Source: Macrostomum lignano
Taxonomy: Eukaryota
Direction: 5' to 3'
Assembly (NCBI GenBank): GCA_002269645.1
Contig: NIVC01000609.1
Coordinates: forward strand, 57,725-121,724
Length of the DNA: 64,000 nt
Shown here: in pieces, positions 14,986 through 28,500 of the stretch
Numbering within the stretch: the first letter of the stretch is position 1
How the letters are laid out: each line of letters begins with the position of its first letter
Notes under the pieces: generated by a model
Told to the model about the DNA's origin: nothing
Database searches by the model: none
Seen by the model: only the letters and a program-made list of their open reading frames with translations
Program-made: the position numbers and the translations under genes

Positions 14986-15559
14986 CATCCTTGTGAGTGG
15001 CACACTAGCCATAATGATATTCTAATGCAGCTTCAACTGAACCATACCCAATTAAAGAACGCTATGTTAAAGCATCAGTGAGATAGAAGTACAGCATTGA
15101 CAATTCAAAAAGATTAGGGTTGGAAAGAAATAGATAAACTAAAAAATGTTTTTCTTACTTTTTTATTACTCAGTTTCTTGTGAAAATGCCTGGGCTATAA
15201 AGCCCAAAAAAGTCAGAACAAGGTAGAAGTTGAAAACAGCAACGAAAAAACTGGAAGCATACTCGTAACAGAAGCTCAAAACATTACATACGACTTTTTG
15301 CCTTTTCAAAAAGATGGTAAATTCTTATTCTTAATAATCAACATTCGAAGTATTAAAGCTACAAAAACAGTGGCAAAAATTAGCAGAATGCAACAAATCA
15401 CCTAGCTAATAATGCAATCTTACCAAAGCGAAATATCGCACAGTTTACTAAAATTCACATCGAACCAAGAAATTATAATAGAAAACAAAGAAACAAAGTA
15501 ATTGAGTTTCCAATATAGCACCTTGGATTCGCCTGAGCCCCGTGTACATGTAGGCCTCT

Positions 15560-16954
15560 TCAACCAGACCACTTTAAGTCGAACACTACCGACTGCTCAT
15601 GGAAGGTGAACTTGCGGCGACCACTGCGGCTAACGCGGCTACTTATAGATCGGCGAGTCACCACCGAGCTGGCGCCGCCGCCGCCGCTGCCTCCGCTGGC
15701 GCCGCCGCGACGGGAATCGAGCCAGCCCATATCATAGCCGCTGCCGCATTTACCAGCTTGGCGAGCTTGTCTAGCAGCCTCGCGTAGCTTCTCAATCTTT
15801 TGGTCCCGGTTTGAATAGTGATCGACGCGCTCCCAGTACAACTCGCGCTCTCTCTGGCGCTCCAGCTCGCGCCCGTTGTTGCGCAACCACTCCAACTCTA
15901 GCTGGCGCTCCTCCTCCAGCATTTGCTCTTTAAACGCTTCGAACTGCAAATCCGAGGCCGACAGTTCGTGCCTCTGCGACGAGTTGCTGAATGGCGACAA
16001 GCCGAAGCAGCTAGACGTGTCCTGGCGCAGAAACGCGATGTTAACGCGAGAAGACGACGAACGCTGCCGCATCAACGCCACGGGTTGTTGACCGTGTCGA
16101 TAATTCAGATTGCTAGCAGACCGCGGAGGTGTTGACTGCGCGATCGAACGCGACGACGAGGCCTGTGGGGCCACCGAACGGATCCGGCTTGGTGCCGGGC
16201 GCGGAGGCGGCGGCGGCGATGGCACCACAAACTCCGAACTCGGTCCAACGATTGCCAGCGGCCCCGGAACCGCAGCGGCCGGGGCGGCACCGTTGTAGCT
16301 AGACACGGAAGAGACACTGGAAACAGAGGATCCGCTGCTAATGACGGACACGTTACGCTGCGACAGCCGGCTCACAACGCTGCCGGAGCCGGAATAGTAC
16401 GAGCCAACTGACGAACCGCCGGAGCTAGACTGGCCGCTCCGCTGACGCTGCGAGGAGCCCGACAACGAAGATGAAGACGACGATGACGACGTCGAGGTGT
16501 CGCTGAGACGAAATTGGCGCCGAACTGCGTAGCCACCTCTGCCGCCGACAACGCCGCTCGGGCTACGAAGCTGGCGGCCGACTGAGGGGCCAGCCCGATG
16601 GGGATTGTACCTACTCGATAGGCTGGCTCCGGCGCCTCCGCCGCCGCTAATAATGGAGCTGAGTCTAGCGCGGCCGCCGCTGCCGCCGTGGGCTCCCTCA
16701 GTGCGCAGTCTATCCGGTCGCCACCACATTGAGCGCAGGCTCTGGTGCTGCCGGCTTGAGGTGACAGTGGAGTCCATCGGAGAGCGGGACCTGTCCCGTT
16801 GACGTCCTGCCGAGCTTCGCATATCGCCACCCAAGCCGCTGATTATAGAGGCTCCGTCGCTCATTAGAAATCGTTGAAAATGCCGATTATTGTAGCCGTT
16901 CATTGCGCAACAGGATTCAAGTTTTAAGCGAATGAAGCTTAAAGACAGTCGCAT
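15560..16954 (-). CDS. Intronless Ser/Arg/Gly-rich protein with a charged coiled-coil-like segment; function unknown
   Basis: 464-codon non-repeat ORF, GC-rich against AT-rich flanks. Contains RDRSRSP and the charged helical segment FEAFKEQMLEEERQLELEWLRNNGRELERQRERELYWERV. The start could be ATG 16954 or ATG 16903. Confidence 0.75.
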   Translation of the reverse strand: MRLSLSFIRLKLESCCAMNGYNNRHFQRFLMSDGASIISGLGGDMRSSAGRQRDRSRSPMDSTVTSSRQHQSLRSMWWRPDRLRTEGAHGGSGGRARLSSIISGGGGAGASLSSRYNPHRAGPSVGRQLRSPSGVVGGRGGYAVRRQFRLSDTSTSSSSSSSSLSGSSQRQRSGQSSSGGSSVGSYYSGSGSVVSRLSQRNVSVISSGSSVSSVSSVSSYNGAAPAAAVPGPLAIVGPSSEFVVPSPPPPPRPAPSRIRSVAPQASSSRSIAQSTPPRSASNLNYRHGQQPVALMRQRSSSSRVNIAFLRQDTSSCFGLSPFSNSSQRHELSASDLQFEAFKEQMLEEERQLELEWLRNNGRELERQRERELYWERVDHYSNRDQKIEKLREAARQARQAGKCGSGYDMGWLDSRRGGASGGSGGGGASSVVTRRSISSRVSRSGRRKFTFHEQSVVFDLKWSG

Positions 16955-19509
16955 AAAACGAGAAAGGTAAAATAATTGATTTGGGTTCTGTTCAGTGTGT
17001 TTTGTTCATTTGGAGTAGAGATCAAAGAGTTTACTTTCATTTAAATAGCATGCATTTCTGCGGAACATACTACTCATATTAATATTTTATGTAGCAGATT
17101 GCATACTTCATAAGGAAAAAATAAATAAAACTTCTAACTCCTATTATATTGTACATAAGAATTTTACATATTAAATATTTTTAATGATTCCATTTTTAAT
17201 AGTCTGTAAAGATTGCACCTAAATAAACCAAAATCTAGAAAAAGTGCACCTCGGTAATATTTCAATAACTCTAGCTCATAAATATTGAATTTTAAAACAG
17301 CTATTTAAAATAATTTATGAATTTAAAATGCCCCAAAAGACTAAAAGATATGTGAAATTAAATTATGCGTAAAACTATTTTATATTGGTGCTACTATGCT
17401 AGATACAAGCTAATGATACATATTTTAATAAGGCTATACAAACATAAATATAGCTTTCTAAAATTCAAAAGGAAAAATATTCAAAGCCATTATCTATCTG
17501 AGCTTTCAGGAATAAAAACAGGCTTATTTGAATAATGAAGCTTTCCATATTTTAAATAAAAATTTTCATTTTTTTGTTCCCAGATTTAAATTAAATTGAA
17601 TTTCGGGAACATCACATTATATAAAAATAAGACTATTAGCATCAGCAATATTAGTAAGTCACAAAACCTTGCATTTAAATTCATGTCCACCAGAGGCAAA
17701 CATGTCAAATGGATCAATTTATTTTAATTATTGAATAAATTAAACGTGCAATATTTATTTATAAACTGCGATTTAGTATGTATTGTATTGATTGCATTCA
17801 TAAATAGTTGAATAATTAATGAATATGATTTTTATTGACTTTCAGACTCTTAGTCCAAAGTTCGCAGACTCGAACTAATTATTTACAAGCAAAAAAATCG
17901 AATCTAATAAGCAAATTGTAAGGGTATCGAGGTAAGACAACTGAAAATGAAATGCCGATAGCTATTTAACAATTGCAAACTTTGCACAACGAAACTAGTA
18001 ATTATTAACAAAACTCTACAGATTGTGGGTTTTTTACATAATGTTATCGGCATTACTTGCGTGTCAGTTCTAGCTCGGAGAGGAGGATCGCGCGGCCGGG
18101 CCCACGCAGTTAGAGAATAGATTTTGAAATCTTCAATGAACTATTAATGCAACATTATAAATACTGTACGGCAGTATTTCAAGCGTACTTTTGTAATAAA
18201 GAGTAAATAATATTTACTTTAGTGTATGTAATCATTCATCTAGCTAAACAACTTTGTTATAGCGGACATTCAAAAACATATGCAAACCGTCAAGTTAATT
18301 TTCAAAAGTAAATTCAAAGTTATGGCTTTAAAATTAACAAAATAATTGCAATGTTCAGACTACTCGTTTATGATGAAAGTATCATCTTTCGATATCTGTT
18401 TTGCGCAACAGAATTTACACGTAGCTATATATATTCTTATATTCTTATATCATTCTTATATATATATTGAGAATTACATGTACATTTGCTTCATAATTGT
18501 TGCTACCGCGTACGAGTGTACGTACGTACAGAAATCATTAAAATTGTCGTGCTGCTACATTTTCCGGAAATTTTTACGCTTGTATCCTAATACAGTAGTT
18601 GCAGTGTTTACTAATATAGCCCCACTATTCTGGAAACTTCTACGCTCTTCCTGTACGCCAAATAAAAATAGTAGTATTCTAGTTAGGAACTTCCCCGCGC
18701 ATCCAGAGGCGATAAATAGAAACGCCCCTAATGAGAGTTGTCAGACTGCGTCAGACCGCAGTTGTCAAACTGCGCTGACAACTACTATTACTACAAATAT
18801 ACATGTACATGCGCCATCCTCGCTCTGCCGAGCACTTTGTCGGGTTGGTTTACCAAAAAAAATCGAGGTCTCTGTTCGTTCGATTATTCAAAGATCAACA
18901 GTAATTGCAACCCTAAAAATCTTAGAAATGTTTTTTAAAGCTACTGCGCTTTCAAATCCTGATTTAACTTAGGCCAGTTTAGAATTAAAAAGCATTTTTC
19001 TTGCAAGATTTTAGCTAAGGCATATATAATTGTGCAGATCCAATCCTCACAAGAGACAACTTTGAGTTCGCTGGCATAATTCCCAATCGATGCTAGGGTT
19101 TCTGTTCCAGCACTCAAATGAGATCATAAATGCATCGCTTGTAAGCCGACCAAAGAAAATAAGAGTGAAATAATGAAGTAGCTTGTACATGTACATAGCG
19201 ATTTCAATAATCAATCCTTTCCTTCAGTTTGATTCAGCCTCTGTGAAGTCATTTACTACCATTTAAATAAGAAAGACCCATTCAAAACAAGCCTAAAATT
19301 TCTTGAACAATTAAATGCGCCACAAAATGGAGCAAAGAGGCTTTTATTTAAACACGAGACCAAAATTCAACAGCAACAAAGACAACAGTAAATTTATTAG
19401 GTTTTGTAAAGGGCTGTGATATTAGTACAGGAGAAGCAGGAAATTGTTAATATGTCTTGACAAAAACGCAACACGGGTATCATGGCACAGAGTCTTCTGA
19501 GGCGGATAA

Positions 19510-22500
19510 TCACTGATAATCCGTAGTGAAAATATCCGAGTTCGACAGGCCGGAGTCCGAGGAGTTCACGCTGGTGCCGCCGTGCCGCAGGCGCTTCTTG
19601 GCCCGCTGCCGGCGCCGATTAGCGATGCCGGCGCCTCCGCTGCTGCCTCCAGCGCCGCTGCCACCGCCGCTGGCGGCTCCGTCGTCGTCGCTGCTGCTAC
19701 TAGACGACGTCGAGCTGTTGTCTCCACGGCCGCCGCCGGCGCCGCCGCTGCCAGAGGCGCCGCTGCCGGAGCTACCGCCGCCCGACGAACGGGTAGCTCC
19801 GCTGCTGCTCCGCTTCTGCGGTCCGCCGCCTCCGCTGCCGCCGCCGCTGGACGCTCCAGATGATGGATGGCCGCGAGCGGCTGCGGCCGCCTTCCGACTG
19901 GGAACGGCACGGAGGCTGCGGGTGCGACCGCCCGCCTGCTCATCGTCCAGATCGTCGGCAGCCAAAGCCAGCAGGTCGATGAAGGTGTACCTGGATCAGC
20001 CAAGAGACAGATGGTCTTTGTTCTGCTTTAAGTGGCAAAAAGCCAACATTAAATGCTAGCTTTTTTAAATTAAAATTAGCAAACTTTTAAGCTACACTCG
20101 TATATCCACAGTAATTTAAACACTTGATAAATTTTAGCTAGAAGCGATGCTATTTAGTTACAAGCCTCCTAAACTAGAAACTCCACAAGCTATAAGCCTC
20201 CTAAACTAGAAACTCCCCAAGCTATAAGCTTCATAAATAGAAACTCCACAAGCTATAAGCTTCATAAACTGGAAACTCCACAAGCTATAAGCCTCCTAAA
20301 GTGGAAACTCCCCAAGCTATAAGCTTCATAAACTAAAAACTCCACAAGCTATAGCTTCATAAATTAAAAACTCCCCAAGCTATAAGCCTCCTAAACTAGA
20401 AACTCCACAAGCTCTAAGCTTCATAAACTAGAAACTCCCCAAACTATAAGCCTCCTAAACTAGAAACTCCACAAGCTATAGTTTCATAAATTAGAAACTC
20501 CCCAAGCTATAAGCCTCCTAAACTGGAAACTCCCCAAGCTATAAGCTTCATAAATTAGAAACTCCACAAGCTATAAGCTTCATAAACTGGAAACTCCCCA
20601 AGCTATAAGCTTCATCAACTAGAAACTCCCCAAGCTATAAGCTTCATCAACTAGAAACTCCCCAAGCTATAAGCTTCATAAACTAGAAACTCCACAAGCT
20701 ATAAGCTTCATAAACTGCAAACTCTAAGCTAGAAGCTATAAGCTTCATCAACTAGAAACTCCACAAGCTACAAGCCTCCTAAACTAGAAACTCCCCAAGC
20801 TATTAGCTTCATCAACTAGAAACTCCCCAAGCTATAAGCTTCATCAACTAGAAACTTCACAAGCTATAGCTTCATAAACTAGAAACTCTACAAGCTATAG
20901 GCCTCCTAAATTAGAAACTCCACAAGCTATAAGCTTCATAAACTGGAAACGCCACAAGCTATAAGCTTCATCAACTAGGAAGCTGGCGGTAACCTCAGCT
21001 CCGCGGGCGCCGCCCGCACAACCTCGCGCAGAGCCTCCTGCATGAGCTCGTGCTGCAGCAGTGACAGATTGCGCAGCCGCTGCCGCATAATGTCCAGATG
21101 GCGGAGACTCTGCTCTAGGGGAGGCGGCGACTGACGAGAGCTTCCACCGCCGCGTCCACCATGGGCGGAGGCTGCAGTCCCGCCTCCAGGCGACATCAGA
21201 CAGTTGTTGAGTATCTCGGCCAGTCTGTCCAATTTCTGTTCGGACCAAAAGTGCAGAATGCTCGGACACAGCGGGTCTGTTAGCTGAGGCTCGCGCCATA
21301 GGACAGCACAGACTAGATCGAAACTTGGCTGCTCAAGTTTGAGCATTAGCAACAGATTAGTGGTAGCTTCCGCATGCCGGCCGCTGTCAAGGTGAGGCAG
21401 CAGTGGCAGGAATCGTTCTGTAGGCAAATCCTGAGCATTCAACAGCTGCCAAAGGAATAGTTGTTCAACACTCTCCCAGGAGAGACTGTCTCGTAGTAGA
21501 GTCACCTGGTAATAAAATAAAATAACTTAAAATAACTTTTGCTTTTGTCTATGGCTAAAAGTGACAAATTCAGCGAAGTCTCATAGCAAAAGTTGGCTGT
21601 TTTATTTTTAAGTCAGGGCCGCTGTACACTGCCAGGATTTTTCCTGGGGGGTCATCTGACCCCCTCCCTGACCCCCTTTCGGATCCGCCATTGAGTAAAT
21701 TTCTGCTCTCTCTCCAACTTTGGAGGAAGTATAGAACAGTTGAATTTCACTTTTTCTTAAATTTTAAGGGGGGAGGGGTCATGACCCCTAGATTTTCTCG
21801 CAAGGGAAGGGTCATGAACCCTAGATTTTCTCGCGGGGGAGGGGTCATGACCCCTAGATTTTCTCGCGGGGGAGGGGCATGCTTGGACGCAACATAGGGA
21901 TTCACCCGGCTGTTTCTATTGGCAACACACACATGTAAGTCGCTATTGGACAGAATAATAGTCACGTGACTGCTCTCAGCCAATAGCGACTTACATGTGT
22001 GTGTTGCCAATAGAAACGGCCGGGTGATTCCTAAGGTTGTGCATGTATGGGAAGGGGTCATGACGGCCTAGATTTTCTCGCGGGGGAGGGGTCATGACCC
22101 CTTGATTTTCTCGCGGGGGAGGGGTCAGCTGACCACTTTGACCTCCTGGATCCGCCATTGCACAGTATACTGTGTAATGCATAAGCCGAACCAAAACAAT
22201 TACCAGATTATCTTTGCGGAACAATTCCAAGTGTCCCTGCATAATATCGGCCACCATAGTCTGCAGCTGGGAGCAGTCAATGCTGGACACAATGATGCGC
22301 ATCAGATGCGGATTATTCTGGCACTGGCTGGCAAAGTTGCGGAACACATCGGGCAGCAGGTAGGCCAATAGGCGCGGATCGTCCTGGGCTAGCAGGTTCA
22401 AATCTTTGAACAGGCAGGTGCGCAGATCGGGATTCTCTTGGCTTTTGCAAAACTCTTTGTAGGCAACAAATTTATCGTCCTGGCTTTGGGCTCGGTCCAC

Positions 22501-25500
22501 TTTGAGAAAGTATAACAGGTAATAGCCAATGCGAGGGTGTCTGGCCGCCATCTCCGATAGCAGCAGGTACAGCGGCTGCCGCTTCGGGTCGTCCTCAGAG
22601 TACTGGCATAGCGTTCGGCAGATCACGAATATGGGAGTGCTCACGCTGTCCTCCAGGCTCCTGCGGCATGCAGTCAGGGATCGGCGGGATCGTTAGGGCT
22701 CTTTGCCGCGTTCTCCTCTGCTTTCATTGCCCATATTATTCTCTCTGTTCCTTCCCAGATTCTCCTGATCTGCCTTCCTCATCCCGACTCTCCCCGATCC
22801 CCCGACTCTCCCCGATCCCCTGACTCTCCTCCCGATCCCCTGACTCTCCTCCCGATCCCCTGACTCTCCTCCCGATCCCCTGACTCTCCTCCCGATCCCT
22901 GACTCTCCCCAATCCCCTGACTCTCCCCGATCCTCTGACTCTCCCCGATCCCATAACTCTCCCCGATCCCCTGACTCTCCCCGATCCCTGACTCTCCCCG
23001 ATCCCCTGATTCTCCCCGATCCCCTGATTCTCCTCCCGATCCCCTGACTCTCCTCCCGATCCCCTGACTCTCCCCGATCCCCTGACTCTCCTCCCGATCC
23101 CCTGACTCTCCTCCCGATCCCCTGACTCTCCTCCCGATCCCCTGACTCTCCCCGATCCCCTGACTCTCCCCGATCCCCTGACTCTCTCCGATCTCCTGAC
23201 TCTCCTCCCGATCCCCTGACTCTCCCCGATCCCCTGACTCTCCCCGATCCCCTGACTCTCCCCGATCCTCTGACTCTCCTCCCGATCCCCTGACTCTCCC
23301 CGATCCCCTGACTCTCCCCGATCCCTGACTCTCTCCGATCCTCTGACTCTCCCCGATCCCCTGACTCTCCCCCATCCAAAGACTCTCCCAATCCCTTGAC
23401 TCTCCCCCATCCGAAGACTCTCCCAATGCCTTGGCTCTTCCCCATCCAGACTCTCCTAATCGCTTGACTCTCCCAATCCCTTGACTCTCCCATACCCAAA
23501 AACTCTCCCAATCCCCTGACTCTCCGCCATTCAAAGACTCTCCCAATCCCCTACTTTTTCCCATCCCCTGATTAGCGTACTTCCGAAGAAAGTATCGTGC
23601 AAAAGCTCCGCAGGGAACTCACGAAGCATCGGCCGACTCCCCGGGAAAGATGGGGTCCTCCAACTGCGAGTGGCAGATTTCGCACAGGCAGGTGGCTATA
23701 CGACGCGAAAAGTCCAAATCGATGTCCTCCTCTTCTATGATGCCCTGCACCACCTGGTACATGATCTCGCACTGGGCCTCAGTATCGCTGCGAGAGTTTT
23801 AAAATAATAATTGTATTATATTAGGTTAGTAATTTCACATTGTCCTTAAGTCTTTAGCTTGATTGCACAATTCCTAGCAATAAGCTTCAATTCAGTGTAA
23901 AAAACTTTACCTTTCATCTCTAAGCTGCATAAGGCGATCCCGCATGACTGGGTCCAACTGCTGCAGGTAGGACTCAATATCCACCCTGTCTACCTGGTAA
24001 TGACAGCGCAGCTTCAGGCGTTGAAAGTCCCGACGAAGATCAAAAAACGCGCCGCTAGCGCCGCCGACAGTTCCACCGGCGCCGCCGCCAGCGCCGTTCT
24101 CTGCGTCCGACATTTCGGCGTCGCTGAACTCGGCAGATTCCGAACGGCGACGCCCTCTGCCACCGCCAGAGCCGACAAAAGTTGCCGCCGCAGCTGCAGC
24201 CGACGGTTCCATCGACACGTCCGGCTGGACGCTGGCTGGGGCGGCGGATGGCGCTGGCGGCGCCGGAGGCGTCGGCGGTTTCGGCGGCGGAGTGGCGGAG
24301 CGCGACAAGGACTCGTGGTGATGCCCGCCGCCTGAAGTCGAGGAGGCCGGCGGCGTCGACGTCTGCCGAGCGATGCCGCCGCTGCTGGAGACGCCGCTGC
24401 TGGAGACGCCGCTGCTGGCAGCCGATACGATGATTGCCGAATCATAGATTGGCGTCGGTTGAAGGCCGCCGACAACCGCTGAAGCGGGGTCTGGCAGCCT
24501 GGCGGACTGGCGTAATGGGGAACACGGAACTAATTCAGGTGCTTAGTCGCTGAGTGATTGTTTGAAATAAAAGGGAGATTGGCGACGGTGAATCGCCTAG
24601 CGATAAAAACAATTGTTCAGAATATCGCCCGTGTCCGACAGAAATATGTTCCTCTCCCCCTGAATCCACCCCGACAATCCCATCTCCCTAAATGTTTTCC
24701 CCCCGAAAATCCCAACCCCCTACCTGAATCTTTCTCACCGAAAATCCCATCCACCCGAATCTTTCCCACCGAAAATCCCATCCACCCTGAATCTTTCACC
24801 CCGAAAATCCCATCCCCCGGAATCTTTCAACCCAAGAATCCCATCTCCCTGAATCTTTCCCACCAAAATCCCATCCACCCTGAATCTTTCACCCCGAAAA
24901 TCCCATCCCCCGGAATCTTTCCCACCAAAATCCCATCTCCCTGAATCTTTCACTTCGAAAATTCCATCTCCCCTGAATCTTTCACTTCGAAAATTCCATC
25001 TCCCCTGAATCTTTCACCCCGAAAATCCCATCTCCCTTGAATCTTTCCCCCCGAAAATCCCATCTCCCTTGAATCTTTCCCCCCGAAAATCCCATCTCCC
25101 CTGAATCTTTCACCCCGAAAATTCCATCTCCCCTGAATCTTTCACCCCGAAAATTCCATTCCCCTGAATCTTTCACCCCGAAAATCCCATCTCCCCTGAA
25201 TCTTTCACCCCGAAAATCCCATCCACCCTGAATCTTTCACCCCGAAAATTCCATCTCCGAAAAACGTTCTTTCCGCTATCAAATTCTCCAGACTCACCGC
25301 AGCCGCAGCCGCCTGAGGCGCCTGTGCCGGCACCAGATCGGCAAACGTGTGCCTCAACAGGCCGTGCATCTGTTTGTCCATCTTAGCCAAATCGAATATA
25401 TGCGCCAGACTGTGCACAACTTTTCGTTCGACTGCGGACAGCAGACACAAGCGGAGCCTGCGCCGCAGGTCGCCAGCCAGAGCCGGATAATAATTATCGG

Positions 25501-28500
25501 CTAATCGGCATAGAAAATCCAGCATGCCAATAGCCAGGTGCTGCTGATGCGATCTGGCTAAATTGTTTTGAATAACCAGCACGCCGGGCTCAATGTTCAT
25601 GAGATTGTGCTGCGCCGGGTCGAACATCAGCCAATCGTAATAGAGCGCCAATTTCATATTGCAAACCACTGTTGGCGATGTACAGCTAAGTATTAGCCAG
25701 CTAATGAATGCCCAGCGCTGTACAACCTCGGAGGCGATTGTCTCATTAGACGGATGCACCTGGGTGACTACGAAACGAATCCAATCTACTCGGAGACTCT
25801 GCGACTCGGGCGTGTTCAGGTATTTGCGAGTTAACCAATCTAGATAGCGTTTGTGCGAGCCCATGTGTACGAACTTCAGGTACCTGGAGGGGCATTGGGA
25901 TGGTAGGATTTTATTAGTGACTAGAATTCCTCAGTGAATTGGATTTCCCAATGGGATTCCCACTTATTGGGATTCCTCGCTGACTGGAATTTTCCACTGG
26001 GATTTCCCACAGATCAATATTTCCCACTGATTGGGACTACCCACTGCTTAGAATTATCGATTGATTAGGATTCCCTAAGGATTCGGATTACCCACTGATT
26101 GGGATTTCCCGGCTATTGGGATTTCCCACTGAGATTCCCAACAGATTAGGACTTCCCACCGATTGGGATTACCCACTGATTAGGATTCCCTAAGGATTCG
26201 GATTACCCACTGATTGGGATTTTCCCCTGATTAAGATTTCCCACTGATTGGGATTTCCCGGCTATTGGGATTTCTCACTGGGATTCCTAACAGATTAGGA
26301 CTTCCCACCGATTGGGATTACCCACTGATTGGAATTATCGACTGATTAGGATTCCCTAAGGATTCGGATTACCCACTGATTGGGATTTTCCACTGATTAA
26401 GATTTCCCACTGATTGGGATTTCCCGGCTATTGGGATTTCTCACTGGGATTCCCAACAGATTAGGACTTCCCACCGATTGGGATTACCCACTGATTACAA
26501 TTATCGACTGATTCGGATTCCCTACGGATTCGGATTCCCACTGATTGGGATTTCGCAGCTATTGTGATTTCCCGCTGGGATTCCCACCTGATTTGGATTT
26601 CCCACTAAATAGGATTCTCTTGAATAGAATTTACTTGTGATATAGCAGTGATTTTTTCGAGCCTGGAACGATTTAATACATGGAATTCTCCACTGATTGG
26701 GAATCTCTATTGACTGTAATTCCCATAAAACAAAGCCACCAACTTACCACTTGATTCGCTGTTCCATATCGTGAGTCAGCCGGCTTGTAATGCACACGGG
26801 ACTGGGCGGTTGGGCCAACAGCTGGGAAACTCCGGTAAATTTCGGAGACAGGCTGGTCGGCGAGTGCAGAATCTCCGACCAGAGACGTTCGAACTCGGGA
26901 AGCTTGGCCAGGTCCTATGCGGGAAACCGGTGGGAGTGCACTAATGCATAAGTGACTCTCCCTTCTGATCTAACAGGTTGAATGCTTAGCTGTGACTCTC
27001 CCTTCTGATCTAACAGGTTGAATGCTTAGCTGTGACTCTCCCCTCTGATCTAACAGGTTGGATGCTTAGCTGTGACTCTCCCTTCTGATCTAACAGGTTG
27101 AATGCTTAGCTGTGACTCTCCCCTCTGATCTAACAGGTTGGATGCTTAGCTGTGACTCTCCCTTCTGATCTAACAGATTGAATGCTTAGCTGTGACTCTC
27201 CCCTCTGATCTAACAGGTTGGATGCTTAGCTGTGACTCTCCCCTCTGATCTAACAGATTGAATGCTTAGCTGTGACTCTCCCTCTGATCTAACAGGTTGG
27301 ATGCTTAGCTGTGACTCTCCCCTCTGATCTAACAGGTTGGATGCTTAGCTGTGACTCTCCCCTCTGATCTAACAGGTTGGATGCTTAGCTGTGACTCTCC
27401 CCTCTGATCTAACAGGTTGGATGCTTAGCTGTGACTCTCCCTCTGATCTAACAGGTTGGATGCTTAGCTGTGACTCTCCCTCTGATCTAACAGGTTGGAT
27501 GCTTAGCTGTGACTCTCCCCTCTGATCTAACAGGTTGGATGCTTAGCTGTGACTCTCCCCTCTGATCTAACAGGTTGGATGCTTAGCTGTGACTCTCCCC
27601 TCTGATCTAACAGGTTGAATGCTTAACTGTGACTCTCCCCTCTGATCTAACAGGTTGGATGCTTAGCTGTGACTCTCCCCTCTGATCTAACAGATTGAAT
27701 GCTTAGCTGTGACTCTCCCTCTGATCTAACAGGTTGGATGCTTAGCTGTGACTCTCCCCTCTGATCTAACAGGTTGGATGCTTAGCTGTGACTCTCCCCT
27801 CTGATCTAACAGGTTGGATGCTTAGCCGTGACTCTCCCCTCTGATCTAACAGGTTGGATGCTTAGCTGTGACTCTCCCTTCTGATCTAACAGGTTGAATG
27901 CTTAGCTGTGACTCGCCCCTCTAATATAACAGGTTGGATGCTTAGCTGTGACCATACATGCGCAACAGTCGGCCGAGTCGGCCGATCCGGCCGACCGATT
28001 TGGCGGCCAATCAAGGAAGTCGCAAAAATGCCCACCCAAAAAATAACCTGAAGAGTAGTACTAAGTAGCTGACGAGGCATTTTAGCTTAATAAAACAGTC
28101 ATAGTTACTCCTGCCGTTTACCCAAAGTTGCGTTAATTTTGCTTTCGGGTTTTTTTATATGTAAGTCGCATTTTTGGCCAAAAACTACGTCGCATTTTTG
28201 TTAAAACTAAGTCGCACGGCTGACCGAATTTTGGAGGTTGCACATGTATGGCTGTGACTCTCCCCTCTGATCTAACAGGTTGAATGATTAGCTGTGACTC
28301 TCCCCTCTGATCTAACAGGTTGGATGCTTAGCTGTGACTCTCCCCTCTGATCTAACAGGTTGAATGCTTAGCTGTGACTCTCCCCTTGGGTCCCGAGCAG
28401 CATGAGCTAAATTCACAGGTTAACTCACCTGCAACAGACGCAGCAGATCCCGCCCAATACTCAGACAGTCTGTAAAATTATCCCTCAGCAATGGCAATAC

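Noticed and set aside
26950-28385. CRISPR-like appearance of the 31-42-bp arrays
   Set aside because: Units are head-to-tail with no unique spacers, there are no cas genes, and the context is eukaryotic.
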